64,000 nucleotides of DNA. Source: Vitrella brassicaformis CCMP3155. Taxonomy: Eukaryota; Protista; Chromerida. The stretch spans positions 1 through 64,000 of the forward strand of contig CDMY01000341.1 in NCBI GenBank assembly GCA_001179505.1. Direction: 5' to 3'. Below are positions 48,830-61,509 of this stretch, in pieces. Position numbers and translations under genes: made by a program. The notes beneath the pieces are model-generated. The model made no database searches. It was not told the origin of the DNA and worked only from the letters and a program-made list of their open reading frames with translations. Each line of letters opens with the position of its first letter. The stretch's first letter is position 1.

Positions 48830-50419
48830 ATGGCCCAGGATCAGGCAGGTATGCGTCACTTCCCAACAGTGCTTTTGGTTTCTCCTCCTGCAGCGGTTTT
48901 CTTTGCAGATATCGATATCGCTGGTGGACCAAGTAGTGATGGTGACGCGCCTTCGCCTGTCGTTGGCGGCAACGATGCCGCTGGCAGCCCGACTGACAAT
49001 ACATGTAGAGGAACCGCCGCTGTCTTTGAGGTATGACGAGCATCTTCATCCATGAAAACACACGCAAACTGCACAGATGCCTCAAGCTTTGTTTCCTCAC
49101 TTTCTTATCCATCGGATTCCTGCAGGCCATTCGGATGCAAGGGTGGTCCGCCATTGCTTTGGTAAGCATCCATCGACAGACAAAGGCATCACTCGCCCTA
49201 CACAGTGTCGTTTCCCTTCCGCCCTGTGTGCAGCCTCGAGAGCTTCACGTTGGCGTCTTTGCGTTCGTCAATCCCGTGTGGTGCCTAAAGCCGCCCCTGC
49301 CCTCCCCACTCAGCGGGGCAGTCCTTCAATACCACACCGAGCTTGTCATCGACTGCCGCAGCACACAAGAGAGAACCTTCTGGCAGCGGATGACGTCGCA
49401 GACGGCGTACGAGCTCGGCAAACAGATGATCAACCTCAAGTGTCTCATCCATCGCTACCCACGAACACCTGATGGAGCGGAGGGCCTTCCTGCTGGCGGC
49501 AACTATTTCTCACCTCGATGGTGCCGTGGGACCGTGATCGGGCTAGTGGAGGGGCATGTGCAGGGACGGCGAGCGGCGCGCGTGAAGGAGGGGCCGGGGA
49601 CCACGATGGCAGAGGGATCGCTCAAGTCGTTGACCTTCGAGTCCGTGGTGATTCCACACAGCGGACGACACGAGATGAACCAGCTGAACATCACCAACTC
49701 TGAGCCTTTTCAAGTTGCTGTCGCCCCATCCCACCCCATCAACCTCCCGGCCCTCACTGAGGTCAACGGCGTCACCCACCCGGTGAGACTCATCGATGGG
49801 CGGGGATGGACAACACCGGCTGTCGAGCGTGTCTCTGCACCTCATACGCCCGCTGAGGTTTTGGACATCCGGCCGTTCGTCGCCACGACGAGGTCCCTCG
49901 CCGAGCTGTGGTCGGCGTCTTCGATGATGCCCTTTCATCTGGCTGAGCTGCTGGAGTCCGTCCCTGTGGGACAGCGGGGGCAGCCGGGGCCTCTCGTGAA
50001 CCTTCGGGTGATACCTACCATCAAGCTCTACGGCATCGAGTCAACCGATGCCTGCAGGGACGGCCTCCAAGACCTGCAGGCAAGAACGGAAGATTGGGCA
50101 CAGAAAGCGTGCGAAAGAAAGGCATCGGCGTTGTCTCACCTCGATTGTGCTCTGGTTTCAGAAGTGTTTGGTGCATCGAGGCTGCTCGAAGGCCTTCGAC
50201 TTTCTGCGCATAGAGGTGCATCGCAGCGACTGCCTTGACCTGCTGCTCAGCAACTTCGCGACATTCAAGGCCCTGGCCTCGCTCATCGACACGACCTGCT
50301 CGCCATCGGCCAAGGTCGACTGCAGCATCATCTCCCCTGACGGCGTGTTGCGAGACATCTCTCTCCCCCATCTGCTGGCCTACACACATTTCGACTTTAC
50401 CAACCTGCCCAGCTGCAGC
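48830..50419 (+). CDS. Paralog B of the expanded unknown-domain family; truncated by assembly gap
   Basis: Same exon structure as A (MAQDQA|DIDIAGG...). Continues through IKLYGIESTDACRDGLQDLQ|GC-AG intron|KCLVHRGCSKAF up to the gap. Confidence 0.65.
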
Positions 50420-50719
50420 NNNNNNNNNNNNNNNNNNNNNNNNNNNNNNNNNNNNNNNNNNNNNNNNNNNNNNNNNNNNNNNNNNNNNNNNNNNNNNNNN
50501 NNNNNNNNNNNNNNNNNNNNNNNNNNNNNNNNNNNNNNNNNNNNNNNNNNNNNNNNNNNNNNNNNNNNNNNNNNNNNNNNNNNNNNNNNNNNNNNNNNNN
50601 NNNNNNNNNNNNNNNNNNNNNNNNNNNNNNNNNNNNNNNNNNNNNNNNNNNNNNNNNNNNNNNNNNNNNNNNNNNNNNNNNNNNNNNNNNNNNNNNNNNN
50701 NNNNNNNNNNNNNNNNNNN
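50420..50719. other. Assembly gap (300 N)
   Basis: Run of N. Confidence 0.99.
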
Positions 50720-53700
50720 GATATCGATATCGCTGGTGGACCAAGTAGTGATGGTGACGCGCCTTCGCCTGTCGTTGGCGGCAACGATGCCGCTGGCAGC
50801 CCGACTGACAATACATGTAGAGGAACCGCCGCTGTCTTTGAGGTATGACGAGCATCATCCATGAAAACACATGCAAACTGCACAGATGCCTCAAGCGTTG
50901 TTTCCTCACTTTCTTATCCATTGGATTCCTGCAGGCCATTCGGATGCAGGGATGGTCCGGGATTGCCATGGTAAGCATCCATCGACAGACAAAGGCATGA
51001 CTGACTCGACGACGGAGGGCGTTGCGTCCCTTGTTTGCCATCTGTGTGTGTGCAGCCTCGAGAGCTTCACGTCGGCGTCTTTGCGTTTGTCAATCCCGTG
51101 TGGTGTCTCAAGCCGCCCCTGCCCTCCCCACTCAGCGGTGCCGTCCTGCAGCACTACACCGAGCTCGTCATTGACTGCAGCGACACACGGCAGAGAACAT
51201 TCTGGCAGCAAATGACCCTGCAGACGGCATATGAACTCGGCAAACAGATGATCAACCTCAAGTGTCTCATCCATCGCTATCCACGGACACCTGCCGGGGC
51301 AGCTGGTAACTTCTATATTGCGTCTCGATGGTGCCGTGGGACCGTGATCGGGCTAGTGGAGGGTCATACGGCGGGACGACGGGCGGCGAGAGAGAAGGAG
51401 GGGCCGGGGACCACGATGGCCGACGGATAGCTCAAGTCATTGACCTTCGAGTCCGTGGTGCTTCGGCGCAGCGGACGACACGAGATGGACCAGTTGGGCG
51501 CCATCAACTCTGCCCCTTCTGCTGCCGCCCCATCCCATGCCATCAACCTCCCAGTCCTCACTGATGTCAACGGCGTCACTTGTGGCCACTCTGTCATCGA
51601 TGGGCGGGGATGGGCAACGCCAGCTGTCGAGCGTGTCTCTGTACCAAATACGGTGACCGAGATCGCGGACATCCGTCCGTTTGTCGCCACGACGAGATCC
51701 CTCGCCAAGCTGAGGGCGGCGCTGCGATGATGCCCTTTCATCTGGCTGAGCTGCTGGAGTCCGTCCCTGTGGGGCAGCGAGGGAGTCCAGGGCCCTTTGC
51801 GAAGCTTCGAGTGATTCCTGCCATCAAGCTGTACGGCATCGAGTCGACCGATGCCTGTAGAGACGGCCTCCAGGATTTACAGGCAAGATCGGAAGATTGG
51901 GCACAGAAAGCAGGCGAGAAAGGCATTGACATGTTCTCGTCTCGATTGTGCTCTGGTTCTCTGGTTTCAGAAGTGTTTGGTGCATAGAGGCTGTTCGAAG
52001 GCGTTCGACTCCCTGCGCATAGAGGTGCATCGCAGCGACTGCCTTGGCCTGCTACTCAGCAACTTCGCGACATTCAAGGCCCTCGCCTCGCTCATCGACA
52101 CGACCTGCTCGCCATCAGCCAAGGTCGACTGCTGCATCATCTCCCCTGCCGGCGTGTGGCGAGACATCTCCCTCTCCCTCCTGCTGGCCTACACCCGGTT
52201 CGACTTCACCAAGCTGCCCACGTGCAGCCTCCCACTCGTCAATGCGCTCTTGACTGCGTACAACGTGCGCCTCGACAGCTCACACAGCCACATCGACTGC
52301 CCAAAATTCGGGACCAGTGGCCCAGGACTGAGAGGCGCATGCCACTACGTCTGGAGGGTCACGCAAGACCAGCTGGATGGAGCAACCAGCGACATCGGCA
52401 GGGAGAGGATGAATGAGCTCGTCTTCGAGTCCGGTTGGTACCGGGATGAGGGCTGCAGCATATCCATAGAGTGTGCGGAGGGTTTCGCCCCTGCCGCTGA
52501 TGCCGTGCCACCTGAGCCTCCCGAGCTCAAAGCCCTCAACAGGACAAGAGTGGAGCGGGTGAAGACTCTGATCGTCAACCATCGCATCGGGCTGGGGTTG
52601 GCCAAGGCGATCCTGAGCAAGGGCCCGCATCTCACCGAGCTGCAGCTGACCGACATGGCGCCGACGGACGTGCCAGACCTGCTCTCACTCAGGGTGCCGA
52701 AGCAGCTCCTGCTCCACTCTTTGTGGGCAGAGGGTGATCGGCCGCTGGGTGTCGTGCCCTTTGACGTGCGATTCCAGCAGCTCAGGGGACTGACGGCCGG
52801 GGGTGGCGTCGCCCTGCAGCTTGCGGCCGCCCTGAGGCGCCACGTCCCATCGCTGGATGTGCTCGCCGTGGCCGGCAGCGAGATAGACGCGCTCCAGGTG
52901 CTCGTGGTAGGGGGCGTAGGGGCCGTCGCCCAGCTGTCTTTGGGATTCGTGCATGAGGGCCGCCACGAGTTCATCAGGGCTGCCGACGAGAGGGAGGGCA
53001 TCACGCTCGGCGATCACAGGGACCAACTGCCCCACATCGACAGCCTTGTCATGTACCTAGACGGTAAGTGGCGAAGAGATGGGGATACATTCACTCGCTG
53101 TATCTTTGTATGATGTCTCATGGTTTTCAGTGCCTTCTGCTGATGTTGCCGACCCGGGCGCCTTCATTCTGTCGAGCGTCTGGTCGGTCCTCGAGATCGA
53201 GTCCATCTCACGGCTGAAAGTCGTCCTGCCCCAGCACTCCCATGTGGATGAGCTCAAGGCAGCAATTGTCCGGCGATTTGGGCCTGGGCGGATGGTGCAC
53301 GGGCAGGTCCATCGAGAGTATGGGTACCTGGGTCTTTACCTCACAGCCAATGACATCGCAACTGTAAGGCCGGGGAGAGAAATGAGCTTAGAATTACACG
53401 GCGAATGCACCGCCTGTGTCGCTTTCCAATCTGTCCATTAGATGCGCAGAGCGGCGTTTGCCCACTCGTCGACGGCCGACCGGCTCGAGGCACTGATGCG
53501 CATAGAACGCCCGCATCAGAGGCTCGCGATGATCACCAATCTGGCGGACACCGTGAAGCGGCTGTCGCATTGCCTGCCCTCCCTCCCCCCCGATGTCTCA
53601 GCCGAGGCACTCGCCAGTGACTTCGCCGGCCGCGTGCGTGCTGCTGCGCCCATGACTGTGGTCGACCCCCCGTATGCGCCTCGGCGGCTGAAGGCGCCAC

Positions 53701-54440
53701 TCATGGCGGCGATGGAGAGACACGGCCTGGCGATGGAGCCCATGATGCGGCTGCATGACGAGCATGGCGATGGGTCGTGCATCCCCAGTCCCTCTGTGAT
53801 CGCATCCGCCGCTCAGCTGATGGCCGTACTGCAGAAGACGGACAAACAAATCACAGCCATCGAACTGCTCTACAAGTAAGAGAAAATGAATGCGAAGAAA
53901 ACAGTATAGACTGAGTTGTCTCGATGTCTCCTTATGTGGTTGCAGAGCGACTGAGCACGGCTTTGCATACACCGACATGCTTAGCCGTGTGGGCCGTGCG
54001 AGCCCCCTGCTGTTCCTTGCTCGCGCAAATGGAGACATGCACGGCTTTTTCATCGACACCAGCCTGCAGCCGGCCACAGCACTGCACATGGAGACCCCCA
54101 ACGGCCCGCGGGCCTTAAATCATTATGAGGCGGCCTGTCTCATCTTCAAGGCATCCACAGCCGCTCCGCCGACCTTCCAGTCGCCTCAGTGACGCTCCAG
54201 TGCGTCTCGGTCTCGCGAGCACACAACCAGCCGTGTGGAGTCCGAGCTAAGGTGAGGCTGGGCCCCTTGGTCGGCCGTGAGTGGCTGGGGCTGTGGGCGC
54301 CTGCTCCTCTGGAATGGGTGCAGAGTGCGGCTGATGGGCGGTGCTGGGTGCGTGTGGGATGGTAGCAAACAGTGGTGATGGGATATGAGACGCACAAGCT
54401 CGTTGCTGACGAGATAGAGGTGTTCAGACTCATGCAGTGA
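50720..54440 (+). pseudogene. Paralog C: unknown N-terminal/LRR-like region + C-terminal TLDc-like domain, disabled
   Basis: In-frame TAG at 51428-51430 where A/B have TCG. A -1 frameshift near 51722 and another near 54185 relative to paralogs. TLDc-like: LLYK|ATEHGFAYTDML...HGFFIDTSL...VADEIEVF. Confidence 0.7.
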
Positions 54441-54759
54441 GTGAGTTGGGTGAGGGGTGAGGGGGGGCGGGATGGAGAGAAGGTCGGGATGGATGAGGGA
54501 AAGGGGCGGTAATTATGCGTTGGTCGCTTCCGGATTTGTTGGAAGAGACCGATCTAGACGGGACAGACCGTTACATGGCCTTCAAACGTTTCAGTGCTCA
54601 CGTGCGTGCACATGAATGTCTCCGAGGAATATTGTATCCATTTGTTGAGAGGCCAACTACGACACTAACGCGTAAGCCCCAAAAAGCAGCAGGTTCGAAA
54701 AAGTAGCCATGCAGCAGGCCATGGTCTCCTTGCAGATGAACGATCCATCCCACGCCAAA

Positions 54760-57700
54760 TCACCCGGCCGCCCCGCCTACGGCCCCCGGAAGTGAAAATC
54801 GCAGCACCTCTACTTCATCGGCAACCATGAAGTCCAACGAAGTTGAGGTATCAGAGGACCATATGACGTCCACCCGGCATTGCCCTGCCGCTGCCGCTGC
54901 CGCTTCCGGGTCGACTGCCCACAGTCTTAGCCCCGTCGCCCCTTGCGAAAGTCTAGTCGCCAATGTCTGTGTCTGTCCTTGCGATAGGACAGACACCGAC
55001 GAGCCCACGATCAGCTTTGCGATTTGGTCCACGCCATTGGGCTCAATGTCCCTTCGCAGCACAGAGACACACTGCGGCGTCGTTGAGGGTGACTGGAAGG
55101 TGGGCAGGGAGAAGCCAGCTATCTTGAAATTGAGGCCAGCCACCTCATAGTCGTTGGAGGCGCGCGCACTTGGTAGCTGAGGGGGCGGCAGGACGCTGGC
55201 GTCGACGAAGAAGCCGTGGATGTCTCCATCGGCCCGCACGAGGAAGAGCAGGCAGCTCGCATCGCCCACACGATTGAGCATGTCAGTGTACGCAAACCCG
55301 TGCACAGTGGCCCTGTAGTCAATGAAGCACGCCAAGGAGAGGAGAACAAGAGAAGAGCATCATGGGCTGAGGTAATCGATGGTGTATTTTGGCTCTCTTA
55401 CTTGTAGAGCAGCTCAATGCCTGTCATCTGTGTGCCCGTCTTCTGCAGTACGGCCATCAGCTGACTGGCGGAGGCGATCACAGAGGGGCTGGGGATGCAC
55501 TGCCCATCGCCATGCAGCCGCATCATGGGCTCCATCGCCAGGCCGTGTCTCTCCATCGCCGCCATGAGTGGTGCCTTCAGCCGTCGGGGCGCATACGGGG
55601 GGTCGACCACAGTCATGGGCGCAGCAGCACGCAGGCGGCCGGCGAAGTCGATGGCGAGCGCATCGGCTGCGATGTTGGCATCGTGTGAGGGAAGATACTG
55701 TTTGAGCATTGACGAGAGGCGCTTCACGGTAACCGCAAGATCGGCGATTATTGCAAGCCTCCGGTGGGGGGCTCCTGCTGGCAGAAGTACCTCGAGCAGG
55801 TTAGCGGCCGACGAGTGGACAAAGACCGCCATGCGCAACTGATCAGCAGAGACACAATGAAGGAATGCAGATAGATAGTACTTTCTAAATGAGCACCACG
55901 ACAAACATCATTGCGGCCTTTCCCTTACTGCTGCGATGTGTTCGCTCGTCATGAAGAGATGCAGTACTCCGTCCACTGAATGCACATTCCCCTCTATCTC
56001 GGTGCGGCCTCTGAAGCGTCTCTCAATTGCTTTGTTGAGAGCATCCAGATGGGATCGATAAAGCAGGACCACCGTCAGCGTGGAGACCGACTCAATCTCG
56101 AGGACCGACCAGATGCTCGACAGAATGAAGGCACCGGGATCGACAACATAGGCCGATGGCACTGAGGCAGGGAGACACGGAGACACGGAGCCGTAACCTG
56201 ATCAGCGAGTGGACATTTTCTTCATTCTTTCGCTACTTACCGTCTAGTTTCATGACCAGCTTCTTGATGTGGGGCATTTGGTCCTTGTGATCGCCCAGTG
56301 TGATGCCCTCTCTCTCGTCCTCGGCCTTGATGAACTCACGGCGAGTCTCAGACACATAGCCCAGATGCAGCTGGTCGATCGTCCCACCACCTCCATTGAC
56401 GAGAGCCTGGCGCGCCCCTCCTTCGCTGCCGCAGATGCTGAAGTCACGGATGGCTGACATGTGGGGACGTGTGGCTGCCGCAAAAAGTGCAACAGCGTCT
56501 CCCTTGACGAGGAGCGTCTTCACCTTCTGGAGACTCTGTCGAATACGCAGTGGAATACTGATCTCGCACCCTTCCTCCTCTTGACGCAACTGCTCGACAG
56601 TGAGCCTTTCGGGCATCCTCCACACACAGACGCACGCCAGGAGGCTCAATACGTCCGATGAAAACATGTCCATCACCCGCAAATTCTCGAGTTGTGCACC
56701 ACTTCGCAAAAGCATCTTTGCCACCCCCATGCCGATGCGGCTCTTGACGGTCAAACTTTTCACTCGCACGAGTAAGTCAGCTCTTAGGGCTTTGAACTCG
56801 GGAGGCTCTGGTGGGAGGGCGTCAGTTGGCGGGGTCCAGCCCTCCTCGCACTCGATGGACATGCTGAATCCACTTTTCGGAGCGCACCCTCCAAGCGACA
56901 GCGTGTTCACCAAGTTCTTGTCGATAGGCCCGTTGGATGGTCGCGCCACTTGGTTCTGCGTGACGGTCCAGACGTAGCGGTATCCGGGCCGGACACCGCC
57001 TTGATCAATACTTGTGACAGAAGGACAATCAGGGTCCTCCGGCTGTGGCTCAATTTCCACATTTTAGAGTTTCTGCAAGATGCTGAGCAGCTGCGGACCG
57101 CAGCCGGGGACTTTGTCGAACCGGGTGTAGGAAACTAGATTGTTTAGTGGAATGTCTCGCACCTCGTCAGCACAGCGCAGAAAACGGCAACAGACCTTGC
57201 CCGATGCCGCGCACGTCGTATTGATGAATGTGGCCAGCGCCTTGAATGTCGCAGAATCGTTGAGGATCAGCGAATGGCAGTCGCTGCGCCGCATGCTTAG
57301 GTCTAGGTAAGTGATGCACTTCGAGCAGCCACGATCCACCAAACACTTCTACAGCCAAAGCACATTCGAGGAAAGAGCGTATTTGTGCGATGACCCCTTT
57401 CCCGAGCCCCTTTCCGTGCCGTTCTTTCCTTTCTGTGCCACCTGCAGGTCCCTGAAACCGTCTCTGATCATATCGGTGGATTCGATCTCGTAGACTTTGA
57501 TGCGGAGAATCACTCGAAGGTTCGCGAGAGGCCCTGGACTCCCCTGCTGGCCCGCTGGGATGGACTGCAGCAACTCAGCCAGCTGCAAGGGCATCATTTC
57601 CATATTCTGAGGCATTTCTAGCTGGACTAGGGACTGTGTTGTGGCGATGAACGCCCTGATATGCGCCATGTCGGTGGATACTGAGAACACGCGCTGCAGA

Positions 57701-58673
57701 GCTGGCATGGCCCATCCCCGTCCATCAATCGCCGAGAGACCTAAGTGAATGCCTTTGACATGAGTGAGGGCGGGGAGGCTGATAGCTTGGGAAGGGGTGG
57801 CAGTAGGAGGTGTAATGTTGATGTTGTTCAGCTGAGTCATCTCTGGCCGTCCCGAATTCGAAAGTACCACTGCTTCGAAGACAAAAGACTGTAGAGAGCC
57901 CTCGACCGATGTGGTCGTCGGCCATTCCTTCTCTCTCGCCAACCGCCGTCCCGCCACATGACCCTCCACCAGTGCGACGAAGATGCCGTGGCACCATCCA
58001 TATGCACCGACATAGTAGCCAGACCTCACCCCTGGTGCCCCTTCAGGTGTTCGTGGATAGCGGCGTATGAGACATCTAAGGTTGATCATCTGTTTGCCGA
58101 GCTCGTATGCCGTCTGGGGCGTCATCGTCTCCCAGAATGTCCTCTGCCGTGTGTTGCTGCAGTCGATGACGAGCTCGGTGTGGTGCTGCAGGACTGCACC
58201 GCTTAGTGGGGATGGCAGGGGCGGCTTGAGACACCACACGGGATTGACAAACGCGTAGACGCCAACGTGAAGCTCTCGAGGCTGCACACAGGGACGGAAG
58301 GGAACAGGTCTGGTCCTGGGCCCTTTGTTTGTCGGCGAATGCTCTTACCAGAGGAAGGCCGGACCATCCCTGCAGCCGAATGGCCTGCACGCGTGTTCAG
58401 CAATTCATTTGTCAACCGGGAGAGAGAGGCAAACACAAGTGGGGAGAGGCACACAAAGTTGAGGAAACGATGACCGACGTGTGCGCGTTTTCCCATGGGC
58501 AATTGCTCATGGTTTACCTTGAAGACGGCAGCTATCGCTTCATCACTGGCCGCAGAAGCATCGTTGCCACACATTTCGTCATGTTGGCCGGTGGCGTCAC
58601 CCGTGGACTGCGGCTTTCGTGTGGAGTTGGGGAAAAGAAAGCCGAGTTGGAGGCAGCCACTCCCGCGCTTCAT
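54760..58673 (-). CDS. Paralog D of the same family (full length, with TLDc-like C-terminus); one in-frame TAA
   Basis: Convergent with C and collinear in exon structure. ORFs 57064-57342 and 56233-57060 are in the same frame, separated by TAA (57064-57066) where C has TAC. Ends ...DFMVADEVEVLRF. Start approximate. Confidence 0.65.
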
Positions 58674-59024
58674 CTGTACGACATCGACGCCCACCGCGTC
58701 GGTCACTTTGTTAGCACGACTACACTGCGTGTCACCGAATTGCCATCCCTCACCGGGCTCACCTTGAGAATCCCCTGACGACGAGATTTTGCGTTGGGGC
58801 CGGCTGAGGATGGAACTCTTTGCTCTTCTTGGTTTGTGCTTGCGCGGCAGCCACCCCGTCTTGCGCCCCCCCTTTTCCCTTTCCTCGTCTAAGCTCGCAA
58901 GATCAGCCCCCTCGATCAGCCCTCCGATCAGCCAAACCGCTGCGGCCAGAGAGGATGAGGCCTTCTCTGCTGCAGTGCGTCAGTGTCAGCTGCTGAAGAA
59001 TGAGCAGGATCTGCCTTAATCGCG

Positions 59025-61481
59025 ATGAAACTATCTCTTCCGTTCGTCGTCGTCTTGCTCCTGATGGTATACTCGGTGCTCGGCTTGGAGAGGAAGCTCG
59101 TCAGAAGTCATCCCTCGTTCATGTCGAACCCGCCAACTCGACGGCTGTCAGGCACCCGACACGGGCGCGTGCTGCACAGACTCCCCTGCGGCAGTGGGCG
59201 TGTTCGTTCCAGATCTGTCTACTCAAGGCTGCTCACAAGGCGGCCTTCTGTACTACCAGAGCAGCAGCAGACGGGCGGGAAGGTCGTCTTCAAGATCAAG
59301 AATGCCGTCAACAAGCTGCTGCGATCCGCTGTGGGCAGGGCGATTCGGCGGCGGAGAGCTGTATACTCTATAGCTACAGAACAGGTGCGCACAAGGAAGG
59401 GAGGAACCCATCCGACCGATTGAACATCATCTTGTCGCTGTGTGCAGGTCGCTGAAGCCGAGGATTTATCAGACAACGCCGTTGTGCTCTCAATGGAGGC
59501 GGGAGCGAGCATTCAGAAGAAGAAGCGACCAAACTTCGCCCTTCGAAAGAGACGGAGCAGGAGGAGGAGGCGGCGGCCGCCGTCTGCAGGCAAGAGGACC
59601 GGCAAGAGCAGGGTTGACAGCGGGACAGCAAATGCGTCAAAGATGTCCTCAAGATCACGTTCAAATGCCAAGAGGATCGACGCGCCCATCGCCAGCTACC
59701 ACAAGCTGCTTTCCAGCCTCAACAAGGCGTCTGACACGCCTGTCCATCTCGACTTCCGCCTGTACCTCTGCGCGCTCAACGTATACCCGCACGGCTTTCC
59801 CGACAGGCTCTCTCAGAAGAAGATGCGTCCGATCTTCACTGTTGGCTCAAAGGTGTTCAAGCTCCTGGGGCACTTATTTACCTTCATGAGGTGCGGCGGG
59901 TCGCCCAGCAACGGGGAGCTGGGCGAGTCGGTGGAGGAATTCCACGAACGGGTCACAGCGTCGCTGGAGGGAAGGAAAGCCGACCACACCCTCCCGCCTT
60001 CCTGCAGCAAGAAGGAGGCAATCAGATTACTCGGGGCCATCTACTGGAGCAACCTTTGCTCGGAGAGCGGAAGAGATGGATACCTCCACTTGGACAAGGC
60101 GATGCGGGCGTCGCTGACGCTGCTGGATCACGTGATCCTGGCGCCATCTGGTCGCTCAGCGCGCAAGTCGTTGCCCCGGCTGCTGCCTCTCTTGACCAAC
60201 GGCTCGGTGGCCCTATCGGATTGGGAGCATCCCGGTGATGGGCAGATGCCTAACGAGGAGGTGGAGAGGATGTGGGGGTATGAGTTCACTGACAAGAGGA
60301 TACTCGAGAGGGCGCGCATCGCCACCACCACTATGTCTGAGATTGCTCAGGGAAATCTGACCAACACGGTGGGTGGACAAGGGGCAGGCATGACACGCAC
60401 GCGCGGATACGCACACAAATGCATTGTGTCTTGTTTGCAGACGGAAATCATGGACAATGAGGCAATGGAGTTCCTCGGTGATGGCGTGTTGAGCCTTCTG
60501 TCTGTGCACCTCACTCGCGACAACACCAGCGACACCCGCCACAGCTTGGCCCACCTCAACTTCACTGAGACGGAGCAGCAAGTGACCAACGCCGTGCTGG
60601 CCGACAAGATGCAGCGGCGGCTGGAAAGGGCCAACAGGACGCTAGCCGAAGTCGTGAGAGTGGATCGGGATGATCTCACTGCCAAGAAGCGGTGGTCTGA
60701 CCTCTATGAGGCGTTTATCGGCGCCATCTTTCTCGACTCGGATATGTCGCTGGAACGGGTTCTCGATGTCATCGCCGTCGACTTCCCGCTGGCACATCAC
60801 CGCAAGAAAGCCGCCCCTCCTGTCCCATTATCCCCCTCCCCCGCTTCTATCCTCTCAATCGGTCTGCCTCAGAGCATCGCCACGCCCCGATTTCACGACA
60901 CCGGTGTGCCATGGCGTCACCACGTCGACCAAGAGACAAAGCTCGGGCTGGACGAGAGGGGCAGCGTTGTCGTGGCCATCAGCTCGGACGACGGAGAGAT
61001 GAGGCGGTTCACTTTGCCGCATGTGGGCTACGACCTGATCGATTTGGACCTTATCCTAAGGAGGAACAAGCGAGGGGGGAGAGGGAGGAAGAGGTACCAC
61101 TACATCAGCACCGTGAGGCTCATCCTCGACCCGTCCAAGGTTCCGCCGATCCACCAGGAAGACTCCCTCAAACTGCGCATGCAGAAGCTCAGCAGGGCCC
61201 TGTTGTACCTCACTGCTTCGTCGGACAAGCACCAGCACCAGCACCATCGTCGCTTCACGATCCGCCCGGTGACCGTGAGTGAGATCCGTGGCTTCGGCGC
61301 CGTGAAAGCCTTACAAGAAGACCATGGCCGCTATCTGCCTGAAGACGTGTGGATGCGGCGGGATGGCGTGGAGGGAAATGAGGCCGATGCCTATTACAGC
61401 GCTACAGCAGGGGTGAGGACGCGGGCGGCTGACCGCAAGAGACAGAGAGTGCTCTCCCTCGCCGAACGGGCGTTTCGGTGA
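59025..61481 (+). CDS. Ribonuclease III domain protein with N-terminal signal peptide (probably plastid-targeted)
   Basis: RNase III signature NEAMEFLGDGVLSLL and second motif WSDLYEAFIGAIFLDSD, with the acidic catalytic residues present. Leader MKLSLPFVVVLLLMVYSVLG is followed by an R/S-rich segment. Intron 59385-59447 and a probable in-frame intron near 60369-60440. Confidence 0.85.
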
Positions 61482-61509
61482 GGGGTGAGGGGAGGGGGAT
61501 GTGGAAGGG

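Noticed and set aside
51428-57066. Stop-codon reassignment explaining in-frame TAG/TAA in paralogs C and D
   Set aside because: The stops replace different residues (Ser, Tyr), C also has frameshifts, and other genes in the window terminate normally at TAA/TAG. Ordinary nonsense mutations or errors are more likely.
59025-61481. RNase III gene as the dedicated processor of the hairpin arrays (one linked system)
   Set aside because: It is more than 20 kb from the nearest array, lies outside the duplicated cassette, and has a secretory/plastid-type leader. Linkage in a eukaryote is weak evidence. It remains testable but is not supported here.
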